Source: Neovahlkampfia damariscottae
Taxonomy: Eukaryota
Direction: 5' to 3'
DNA: 36,455 nt
NCBI GenBank assembly: GCA_016618085.1
Contig: JABLTG010000180.1
Span: forward strand, 1-36,455
This document shows, piece after piece, positions 25,604-35,971 of this stretch; position 1 is the stretch's first letter; the number at the start of each line of letters is the position of its first letter. The position numbers and the translations under genes are program-made. The notes under the pieces are model-generated. The model was not told the DNA's origin and did no database searches. It worked only from the letters and a program-made list of their open reading frames with translations.

Positions 25604-25651
25604 AGTAGGTGGGATGTCCCTAAGCTCTAGCCCATAATTTACACCAGTAAA
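25604..25651 (+). repeat. Left terminal inverted repeat (48 bp)
   Basis: AGTAGGTGGGATGTCCCTAAGCTCTAGCCCATAATTTACACCAGTAAA matches the reverse complement of 29146-29193 at 47/48 positions. Confidence 0.97.
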
Positions 25652-26882
25652 GAAAAGGATTGTATTTAATTGCCAGTTTCTACTGACACCTTCAACATCA
25701 ATAGCTTTAACTGTCATTGATATTTGAGGTGTTGAATTAAGTCTGGGTGCTTCACTTTCAGACAATGGAATATCTTCACCAAATTCAAATGCACAATATA
25801 TCCAACATATTTGACGAATTGTTTGTAAGTCATATTTAAACCTCTTTTCTTAGCAATTTCATATAAATCTTCAGGTTGTGCATTTGCCAATGTTGCTTTC
25901 CTATTACCATATGTATTGCTCACACTGTTAATTTTTGATTTTGATGTGTCAGTTTTACGTAAATTTTCAAGATTTAATTTACTTGCTCCAATTCCGACGA
26001 TATCTGAATGTCTTTCTGAAACCCACAATATCATTTTTCTTGGAACACCCGAAGGGTTCAAAGAATTTAAATTCAATGTGAGTTCAGTTCCTGCTGTACT
26101 TGCTACTGGATTAGATGGATAATATTCAATTTCTTGATCTGGATAAACAACAGTTTTCGGAATATTGGAAAACAAGTTTGGTGTATAATATTGGAGTATA
26201 AATCAGAACTGATAGTAGTAGCATCTATATTTTCCAATGTTGAATTTGCTTTCATTGCTCTTTTGAAACAAAACAATCTTTCATAATTTGCAAAGGTTGC
26301 TGAATATTGCATATCTTTTACACCAGTTAAACAAAAGGTTGAAAATATGTGGAGAGATTTTAATTGGCTTCATAACTTCAACACGTAAAGTATATGTTGC
26401 ACTGTTTCCATCTGTCACATCTTTGTTCAATACAACTGAGTATTCGGTAATATACGCATATCTACTTTCACCAATTTGTAAATCACCATATGAAGCGAAT
26501 GGGTCTTTCATTGTATTTGCACCTAATGAATAATTATAGAATTCATCCAATTGATTTGGAGAAAGAGACATCTCACTGATTTTGTCATCTACAAAATTTT
26601 CAAATCTGTTTAACCCATTTGAATATTGTGTTGGATTTTGGAATGAAAAAGAAGTCGATTAATTTTAATTTCCCCATTTTGTGTGATTTGTTGTAATGGA
26701 AATGCTGTTAAAGCGAAAAATCTTTCTTCATATGTATTGTCAACACCTAAGATACCCGTTACATCTCCACCTGATGCTTTAACTCCATGTAACACGTTAT
26801 AGCTTCTTTTTGATTTCAAATCAAGATACTCTGGTGTTGCATTGTTTACCTTTAATGGAACTGCTGATAAACTAGTTGTCGT
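25652..26882 (-). pseudogene. Virophage (Sputnik-like) major capsid protein pseudogene
   Basis: Reconstructed across about four frameshifts: (ACG)TTSLSAVPLKV..YLDLKSKRSYNVLHG; FALTAFPLQQITQNGEIKIN; MSLSPNQLDEFYNY..KDPF; YTPNLFSNIPKTVVYP; VPRKMILWV; INSVSNTYGNRKATLANAQPEDLYEIAKKRGLNMTYKQF; FEFGEDIPLSESEA. These blocks are colinear with Sputnik MCP as I recall it (SAIPLNV, AFRAFPISSIT, MSMQP, IPPRITYPY, IPRKLYLFV, LSGASSQNLYDFSVQNG, LELGKDVGL..DEA). Confidence 0.88.
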
Positions 26883-26929
26883 ATTCTATTATAAACGCAG
26901 ATTATTTTTCTAATTCTATATTATAACAG

Positions 26930-28105
26930 ATGTCAGCGAACCAATTTACAACGTAAAATAATTTACCTTTATACAGTAAAACTTTAGAAGTTATTGAATT
27001 ACCTACATTCGCAGGTACAACTCTTTCATCAGTTGCCTACGTTGTCCAAAGAAACGCAGCAGATGTATTAAGTGGGGAGAAGATCATAGTTGGTGATGGA
27101 ACAAACAAAATTAAAGACAGCAACATTGACTCAACAGGTGACAATATCAATTTACCTCTTGATAAAGGTCTCTGGATTAATTCACAACCTATAGTTACCA
27201 AGATAATGCGGATGCAAGCAAATACAAGGCAGAAGTCCATCAATTAAGAGCTAACGAAAAAGTATCAACAAATGCTATAACTTCAATCGGAGCAAATGAT
27301 GACATAACAATTGATGTGAATGGAACGGGGAGTATGAAATTCAATACAATTGTGAACAACGGTTGTCTATTTGGTGGTGAAACTGGAGATTTAGGGTACA
27401 ATTGGGCTATAAAAACTACATTCAATGGTGCTACAGCTGCAGATGCATGTTGTATATTTGGTACAATGGATGTTTCGGGTAATAATGTTGCTACTATTGG
27501 TTCTAATAATTTGGGTGCTACACTTTGGATACCCTTATATTTTCAACCTACACCATTATCAACTGGTTATACAGTCTTTGGTGAGACTGCCCCTGCAACC
27601 GCATTAGCATCTGGAGCTAAAGTATTTGTAAATGGAAGAATAAGCAATGCTAATTCTATTAGAATTCACGATAATTGTGGTACAAAATATCAACTTTCAG
27701 CATCAGCAACAACAGGAGCAAGAAGTCATAATTTACAAGATGCAGATGGAACAATTGCCATTTAAGTGTGCAACTTCTGCACCTAAATGGTCATTTGGAT
27801 CTCAAGCAGGTGAAAATGCAGTAACTGGCACCAAATCAGTATATTATGGTATTGATGATACAGTATTCAATTTGGCGGAAATTATTACCATTTTTGATAG
27901 TGGAACAACTGGACATTTAGAAGGTAGAAATGCAAATGATAGTAGCATCATTTTTAGTATTGATGTTGTTGGTGATGGAACTGAAACTTATAGCTCTACT
28001 ACTTCATTCTCAAATGTTTCAGGCTCAAAAAATAGAATTATTGTTGATTGGACCAGAATATCAGGAGCTGGTAGTTGCTTATTATTTGGTGCTCGATTAT
28101 TTTAA
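26930..28105 (+). pseudogene. Virion fibre/spike-like protein pseudogene
   Basis: ATG at 26930, in-frame TAA at 26954-26956, frameshifts near 27200 and 27762. G/T/N/S/A-rich beta-type sequence with TNAITSIGANDDITIDVNGTG and TTGARSHNLQDADGTIA motifs resembling viral fibre repeats. Confidence 0.65.
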
Positions 28106-28123
28106 TCTCCAATAAATATATAG

Positions 28124-28372
28124 ATGGTCGATCCAATAACAGTGACAATCATTTTACAAGTTGTTAACATGCCAGTTACAGCTGTTTTAGTTCCTTTAGT
28201 AGCTGCAGGTGTGGAATTTTCCTGTAGAATTACTAAATCTAGTTGTTGTTTTGGTTCTGGAGTGGAGTTGACGCCTTCACAATTACAAGAGCAAATCAAA
28301 AACTGCATCAGTGAATTAATTTCAAAAACACACTTCCATTATCTTTTCCATCAAATTTCTTCAGACAACTGA
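28124..28372 (+). CDS. Small viral-type membrane protein (N-terminal TM followed by KSSCC motif); 3' end probably chimeric
   Basis: MVDPITVTIILQVVNMPVTAVLVPLVAAGVEFSCRITKSSCCFG; starts 18 nt after the fibre-like gene stop; intronless. Confidence 0.5.
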   Translation: MVDPITVTIILQVVNMPVTAVLVPLVAAGVEFSCRITKSSCCFGSGVELTPSQLQEQIKNCISELISKTHFHYLFHQISSDN

Positions 28373-28810
28373 GAAGTTCGTTTGAAGCCTTAATATATTC
28401 TGATTGATGTTTCTTGTCCTCTGAATTAAATTCTTCCACTTTTAGATTGAGTTTAACACTATTTTGAATGTTAATATTCCATAATTGGTATTCTTCTTGT
28501 GAAAAATAGGCCTTATTTTTTTAAATTCTTCTTTTGAACTTATACCAACTAAAATTGTGGAAAAACGATCTGCTATATCGTCACCATGATTTTTATCAAC
28601 ACAATATCCTTTAACATATGATAATTGACAATTTCTTGGATTTGAGCCAGTAACAATCACTTCAACGTCAGTATTGTCTTTGAATTCTTTTTTGAGTTCA
28701 TTTTTAAGTGTTGTATCGATTTATTTTCTTTTGTCGCTGAAATACCGACAAACTTAATTGTTTTTGAAATTTTTTCGTTTTCCTTGAACTGAACTTCCAA
28801 TTAAAATCTT
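28310..28810 (-). pseudogene. Degenerate ORF of unknown function inside the element
   Basis: The ORF-track 28442-28660 piece extends both ways via frameshifts (..KNELKKEFKDNTDVEVIVTG..YVKGYCVDK..; ..VEEFNSEDKKHQSEYIKASNELLSCLKKFDG..). Confidence 0.4.
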
Positions 28811-29145
28811 AATCAAAATTATTTTTTGGAGAATAAACTAAGAATGCGAATGAAGTTACAAACTTGTTATTTTATGAAGAAACTGAATTACATGATTTTG
28901 GAAAAATTTTATTGTTCAATAAAAGAGCTAAATAAGAAAGTATTGTTCTATTATCAATAGGAAAGCAAAAATCCATTTTTGAGCTTCTGGAATTTTTTGT
29001 AATTTTTTGTTTCTTATACAGAGTTGAGAGTTATGAGTGAGGAAATATAATTTTGTATTCGGTGTATCTCGGCGAAAATCTGTTTTAAAGCTTCCGGAAA
29101 AAGTACATTTTTTTGAGGAAACGGTAAATTTAAGTCGCTGGAGGG

Positions 29146-29193
29146 TTTACTGGTGTAAATTATGGGCTAGAGCTTAGGGCCATCCCACCTACT
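29146..29193 (-). repeat. Right terminal inverted repeat (48 bp)
   Basis: TTTACTGGTGTAAATTATGGGCTAGAGCTTAGGGCCATCCCACCTACT is the inverse of 25604-25651 with one mismatch. Confidence 0.97.
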
Positions 29194-29335
29194 TACTTTT
29201 TATGTTCTTTTTAAATGTTGTAATTTCTCAAAATTATTGTGATTTCTCATTTTAACATTCTCTGCTTGTTGTTGAATATTTTTATTTGAAAAAAAGTATT
29301 GACCAATCAACTTTTTCTGCAGGTCCAACTTTGTT

Positions 29336-31724
29336 ATGACAGTAAAAAGTTCAACTCAGCAGTACATCAGTGGTGGAAAATTCAACACAAAACCGATATT
29401 TGTTTGTGATTCCAAGTAAACCAAAAAAAATATTCATCAAAAAAAAAGATATTTTGTTGTTGGAAATTGTTCACAAATTAAAATATGTATCACAGCTACT
29501 GGAAAAATTCTCCATAATATTTCAACAAAAAATGATGATATATCACATTTACAAAAGAATCCACAAAATGATGAACAATTTTATAGTTCATCTCAAAATG
29601 GTTCAATCACTCTATGGAATGCAGAAGAAAATACCAAAATTCAGGTAATAGAATATTTAAATAATAAGTTATAGGAATGGGAATTCAACACAAAAATTCA
29701 AAAATTTTTCTTTGAAGGACAGAACTCAAAAATTTTTATTCAAAATTCAGAAGGAATTTTTGAAACAAGTTTTGAAAAGAAAGAATTAAAACAACTCTCA
29801 AAAATTGGGAATACTCAAAATATGACTTATTATGCTGAAAAGAAACTTTTATTTTTCACACATGAGCACAAAATCCATCAATTAAATTTGTCCAATAAAA
29901 AAGAGTTCATGTAAAGAATGGAAAAAAAATACTAATCTAAAAAGATGTGCTTTGGATCAACAAATTGTCAGTTTAGCAGTTTCAATTTTTGGTGTGATTG
30001 CTGTTTCAGATTCTTATGGAAGTATAAAATTATTTAATCCATTTGAATCAAAACCATTTTCGAATATAACTTGGCATCCTTTACCTGTGAACAGCATCAC
30101 ATTTTCAGCTGATGGGTTGTACTTGTTTTCTGGTGGTGATGAAGGTTTGTTAGTCATGTGGTATCTTCAATCAAGTCAAAAAACATTTTTCCCAGTTTAT
30201 TCAAAGATATCAAACATTTCAATTTCAGATAATTTACAACATTTCTTATGCTCAACAAAAAATAATTTTATTTCCATTTTAGAATCATCAAATAAAAAGA
30301 AGAACAAATTAGAACTTAAAAAAACTGCAAATATTTTCTTTTTAGAAGAAAGTTACAATATCAAAAAAAAAATTGTTTTTAAACCAAACTCAAATGATAT
30401 TGTTTTAAATGGAAATGATAATATTCAATTTTTTGATTACGAAAATGGAGAGGAAAGTGATTTGATTGAATTTCAATTTAAAGCAATTTTATTCAATCCT
30501 TCAAGATTTAAATACAATACAGATTTAAAGTCTATTGTTTCAAATATCTCATTCAACAAAAATGGAACTTATTTTGCGACAGTAAATTCAAGCAACTTTT
30601 CTAAATTTAAAAAAAATTAGTCGGAAATTTTTGGAGACAAATTTAACATGAAATTTTTTGATTTTGAAAAAATGAAATATAAGTTAATTACAGTTGTTGA
30701 TTCACCTCATTCTGCTGAAATCACATCATTAGTCTCACATCCAAAAGAAAATTTATTTGTATCAAGTTCAGATGATGGTTATTCTAAATTTTGGTCATTG
30801 AAAAAAAATTCATTCATTTGTACTGGAATTATTTCTTTTAGAAAATTGAAACCTTCAATTCCATCATTTTCAAAAGATGGTTCATTGTTGATTGTTCCAT
30901 TTCACAATGTAAGATTTAATATTTGAAATTTAAATTTTGTAGATTTTAACATTTTGGGATGTTGATGAATTGACAATGATTCATTCATTTTTTTCAGAAA
31001 ACCAAATTGAGTAAGTCATATTTCATTGGTTAATTTTATATTCAGAAAATGTCTTACACTTTCAGATGATTTGATTATTTTTAATGATAAATTCTCAATT
31101 TTTGTTTATTCTATTGAAAATAGTTCAATTGTTTTTCAAATGAAATTTTCAAATGTCAGCAATTTGATTTGTGATTCAAAACTTAATTTTTCAATTATCA
31201 AAGATGAACAAACTATTTTGACTTTCAATTTTGCAGATAGAAAGAATCCATTGAAACAACAAACAAAATCAGATTCCAAAATCATTTCACAAGAGTACAA
31301 TTCAGAAAATGAAATTATTTTTTTGAATTCAAAATATGAAATTTATAAAATCACAAATAAAGAAATTGAATCAAAACAACAAGAAACAGAAAAACCATTA
31401 GTCAAAAAGAATGTTATTCAAATTGAACAAAAAGTTGAAAAACAAGATAATGTTACATTATTCGCATATGATCCAGATGTTGGAAGAGCATCTTGGAGAA
31501 CATTATTAAAAGGTCCAACACATGCATTGACAACAACTTCAAACATGTACAATTCATTTATGGATGGATTTTTAGTCAAAAATCAAAAAAATGAAGAATC
31601 AAAACAAGAAAAAGAATCATTATTCATTCCAAATGAACAACAAGAAGAAAAAGAAGAATTAGTAAAGAAGCAAAGTATTGAAGAATCTTACCATTTATTT
31701 TCGAAAATTGGATCAAAAATTTAA
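29336..31724 (+). CDS. WDR75: WD40 protein WDR75/Utp17 (SSU processome t-UTP)
   Basis: N-terminal GGKFNTKPIFVCDS, WHPLPVNSITFSADGLYLFSGGDEGLLVMW, VDSPHSAEIT, and C-terminal GPTHAL..MYNSFM; multiple introns. Confidence 0.8.
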
Positions 31725-31734
31725 ATAAAGAATT

Positions 31735-34434
31735 TCAATTTTTTTTAGTTTCATAACATTTACAAGTGCACCCTGGAACGGAACACTCTTTATGATTTTC
31801 AAACCATTCCATAAGATGTTTTAAATGACCTGAATGTTTACAAGAAACACACCAAACAAATGTATTGTCCAAATTTTGAGATATAAATGATGATGATTCA
31901 CCAATTGATGAAATTGGTGTTCCAAAAGACATTTGACAAATGGTGCATGCAGGTAACGGTTTTTGACAATTTGGACATGAATTTGATTTTGATGAGTTTG
32001 TAACTTGAGCATATTTTCGAATGGATCTTGTTTTTGAATGAACAACATTCGAAATAATCTGATTACAAAATTTACATTTCACATTAACTTTTGGAACTTC
32101 AATATTTTTAAACTTCGCCATTGCAATATCTAAAATTGCGCGTTCTTCAAATAATGACCATTGATCAAGTAAATCTCTGTATGATTCTAAAATGATTTTT
32201 GAAAATTGATCTCTGATTGGTAATTGAGTTGTCAAAATACAAATAGTTTGAATGTCTGAATTTAAATCATTAAAATTTGATAATAAAGAAATTGAGTCAT
32301 TATTCAATATTCCAGTTAAAATTATACCTTGTAAATCACCAGTTAAAATATATTTTTCTTTCATTTTTTGAACGTATAATATTAATTGTTCATGATTTAA
32401 ATATTTTAAAGCGAACGATAAACGATCTGAAAATGGAATTTCATTTTCATACAAAACACATGAAAAATCATTAAATTTTGAACTTAAAAAACCGATTGAA
32501 GACCTTAAATATGGATCATCTAACTTTTCATTTTGAAATAATTCACGGAATTTATCTTTTGTATTTTGGTTATATTGAAATAATGCAAAAGCTAAATATT
32601 TGTACATTGGATTGTTTAAATTTGTTAATACTTTTATAGCTTCTGTTAGTTTTAATGAGAAAATATATTTAGCGAATTTTCTTGTATTTTCTTCTTCATC
32701 TTCTTTTTCATTGCAATCTAACCAACCACATATTTTTGATGCGAATTTCCTTTGATAACTTTCATATTTATTGAATCCTTGAAATTCTCCAACATCTGAA
32801 GTGAATAAATTTTTTCCAAAAGAATCTGAAAATGAATCTTCTTTTTCCATTTTTACTGAGAACAATGATCTTCCTGATTTGTCTAAAAGATAATCATTTG
32901 AAACTTTTGTTGAAGTTAAAATCATTTCAATTCCAGGAAAAATATATTGATAAGTTTTTCTATTTTCCTGTTTATTTAAAATTTTGAATGTTTCAATCCA
33001 AGACCAAAGTTGAAATTTATCAAATTCTTTCATTTCTTTTGAGATTTGGATATTTCTTTGGGTATTAATACCAAATCCTTTTTGAGCTCTAATCTTCATA
33101 ATTTCAGAAATATCTATTGTCGAATTGTCTTTGTGTTCCAATTCTCTCTTGAAATTATTTGCAAAACTTTAATTATTTAGAAAATATGTTCAATATAGTT
33201 TTCTTACCTGATTTCATTCGAAGGTGAAATGTTGGAAACATCAAATTTCTTCAACTCTATACATTTTATATTTTCAGTATTATTGGATAATAATAAGTAA
33301 TTTTCTATTGGATGAAACGAAAAACTATCAACAATTTCGTTATCATAAAGTTCTAACGATTAGTGGAATTATTTTCGTACTTTCATGATCTGAATATTTA
33401 AAATTCAAAGGTTTTTTGAAGTCATTTTTTTCTTCAGAAACATCCCAAAGAGTTACAACATTATCTGAACTATCTGTTGAAGCAATAATATCTTTTTTTG
33501 AGTTATGCCATTTTACGAAATAACTATAAGATTTTGAACTTGGTGTTATTTGTTTTTTTGGTTCATTGAGTTTTCTAATATCCCATACTTTAATTAGATA
33601 ATCTTCGCCTTGAGTTAAGAATCTATTTGTATCAAAAGGATCAAATTCAATTCCTCTTATGGTATATGAATGAGCTTGAAATGATGAAATAGCTTTATCA
33701 GATGAATCTCTAATATCAAATTGTCGAACAAATTTATAACCTCCAGCTATTAAACAAGAAACCTCATTTGGTAACCAAGAAATTGCAGTCTTCAAAAAAA
33801 TTAAAAAAAAAAGTATTACAGTTGCTTCGTTATACACTTGATATGAATGAATTGGAAAATTGATTTTTTCATGACTTTTTTTCTGTAAATAAATTGTGTT
33901 TCTAAATTAGAGTTAAACATTTTCGATATTTACTGATTTGGTTTGATTTGTTCTAAAAATGATTCTCCAGTGGCGTTAATATCCCAAATGAAAATTCCAT
34001 CTCCAGTTTTTGATTTATCAACTCCTGAGGCAATAAAATTTGTTTTTGTTTGATTCCAATGTAAACTGAAACATTGTCTACCATTCAGTTTTGGTATAAA
34101 TTCTTTAAGTATTTTGTTCTAAAAAAATTAATGTTTTTTTTTTTTGTTCTGCACTTCTTGTGGGTCATATAAAAAAACATTGCCATTTTTTAAACCAACA
34201 GAAATTATACTGTGGTTATTTACATCAAGTTGAGGAGACCAACAAAGTGTCTTATTTTTTAATTCAATTTTTTTTTACCGAGATAGAACTGTCGAATTGA
34301 ATTTTACTTATTTGTTGATTCCAATCTTGTTTTTTTTTATGTTTTTCTTTCGAAAAATGATAATGAAATAGAATATTTTGTGAAGAAACAACAAAAGAGT
34401 CTGAAAAGAATGGATTCCAACTCACTTGTTTCAT
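31735..34434 (-). CDS. MIOS: GATOR2/SEA complex subunit MIOS (Sea4)
   Basis: N-terminal WD40 repeats, DISEIMKIRAQKGFG, GDLQGIILTG, YRDLLDQWSLFEERAILD, and C-terminal CPNCQKPLPACTIC...WCVSCKHSGHLKHLMEWFENHKECSVPGCTCKC. Confidence 0.9.
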
Positions 34435-34525
34435 GTTTCACACTTGAATTAACAATCTTTTTAAATGACCAATAGGATGTATTGTTGGCTAAAATAGTTT
34501 ACATGTTTTGCTATTTTAGAAAAAT

Positions 34526-35101
34526 TTATTTTTTCGAAATATTTCTTTTTTTTAAATTGAATTTATAAATTTTATGAGCCATTTCATAACTTGTTTGAAA
34601 ATCATTTTTTCCCTTTTTATTATTTGAATAATAATCTATAATCTCTCTTTGACATTCATCTATCCATGCTTTTTGTTGTTTATTTGATGTTGAATGTTCT
34701 GATATTGTTTCGCAAATTGAAAATGCATCAATTGCGCTAATATATCCTTCTTTCAAAATTGATTTTATTTTTCCGACAAATTTTTCAAATTCTTCTTCAT
34801 AAAATTTATCTTCTTCTTGTTGTTCAATTTCAGTCTCTTTTTCAATTTCTTTTAATGCTTGTTTGATGGCTAAATCATTCAAAATTTTTTCTTCTTGAGT
34901 TTCTTCTTTTGGTTGTGGTTGTTTTTTTTTATTTTTTTTCTTTTTTTTTGTCTCTGTGGTTTCAATTTTTATTTCGAATTCTGGTTTTTTTTTTTCTTCA
35001 ATTTTCTTTTTTGTCTTTTTGTTTTGGTATGAAAAGTCTCCTCCATCATTGTCGTCAAGCAAATTGAATAAATTTTGTTTTTTATCTTTTTTGTTTGACA
35101 T
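34526..35101 (-). CDS. Hypothetical Lys/Glu-rich protein
   Basis: Open frame; probable start MSNKKDKKQNLFNLLDD at 35101, with a CCAAT box about 30 nt upstream. Confidence 0.55.
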   Translation of the reverse strand: MSNKKDKKQNLFNLLDDNDGGDFSYQNKKTKKKIEEKKKPEFEIKIETTETKKKKKNKKKQPQPKEETQEEKILNDLAIKQALKEIEKETEIEQQEEDKFYEEEFEKFVGKIKSILKEGYISAIDAFSICETISEHSTSNKQQKAWIDECQREIIDYYSNNKKGKNDFQTSYEMAHKIYKFNLKKRNISKK

Positions 35102-35300
35102 TTTTTTTTCTTTGGATGTTGCAAGAAAATAATTGGATGAAAAAAACTCCAGTTTGAAATTGAATATTGAAAAAAAGGAAAGTTGAATTTCCTTGAAGTT
35201 TAAGTTCTCGGCTGGAAAAGATGGACAAGATGGAAGAACTTTCAAAGTTGTTTGACCAAAAATTCTTGAGTAAAAAATGCTCCACATTTCATAAAAACAA

Positions 35301-35971
35301 ATGAAAAAATCATTGAAATTGCTTTGTCCAAAATCAATGAAGATAATGGATTCAACTGTGAAAGATAATGAAAATTTAATTGATAAATTACCTACTTCTT
35401 GTATTCACTACTTTTATAAGTATTTGTCACCACGATTAAAGAAGAGAGAAAGTTACGGGATACATGCCGTTTTGGGAACAGTCAATAATTTCAAATACCT
35501 ACCAATAGAATTGAAAGAAAACAAACAACTTATATATTCAATGAAAAGGAATAAAATTATTATATTGACCTTGAAATTCAAAAAATGATCCCAAAAACAT
35601 TATTCGAAGATGAAATATTTTTGAAAAGAATCTTGTCGTTAGAATGCTTTAATTTTTCAGTTTTACCAACTCATCTTAAAGAAGATATTAAAGTAAACAA
35701 ATTAGCCATTTCAGTCTTTCCATCTCACATATTTGGTATTTTTCCAAAGTTTCAAAATGATCTCGATATTTTAGAAATTGTATTTCCGCCAACATTTGAA
35801 AGAAAATGGATCCTGTTTCATGGGAATATCAATTACCTGAATGGTTGCAAACAAATAAAGAATTGTTTAAATTTGCCATGGAATATGATGCTGAAAATAT
35901 CAAATTTTTTCAACAGATCTTTTGGAATACATACCAGCTGTATTGGTTCATATAAAACAGAAAATACTTGA
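35301..35971 (+). CDS. Hypothetical protein with DUF4116-like helical repeats (structure uncertain, possibly degenerate)
   Basis: Repeats KYLSPRLK, KYLPIELKENKQL, SVLPTHLKEDIKVNKLAI and PKFQNDLDIL in two abutting ORFs. Confidence 0.45.

Larger units (their letters stand above)
25604..29193. mobile_element. Endogenous virophage-derived element, internally deleted and non-autonomous, bounded by terminal inverted repeats
   Basis: 48-bp TIRs, virophage MCP pseudogene, fibre-like pseudogene, no introns, and fewer of the long A/T homopolymers seen in the flanks. It sits between host tRNA-Arg and WDR75. Confidence 0.85.

Noticed and set aside
25652..28105. Frame breaks in the MCP and fibre genes explained by introns, an alternative genetic code or sequencing error
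   Set aside because: The breaks are small shifts without suitably sized GT-AG introns and mostly outside long homopolymers. Host genes use TAA as stop and appear intact, so real decay is more likely. Raw reads would settle it.
29090..29100. TTCCGGAA palindrome in the right subterminal region as a functional site
   Set aside because: A single 8-bp palindrome with no counterpart at the left end; could be chance.
25604..29193. Complete Polinton/Maverick or autonomous DNA transposon
   Set aside because: No pPolB, rve integrase, DDE transposase or 6-bp TSD is visible; the element is too short; capsid motifs resemble virophage MCP.
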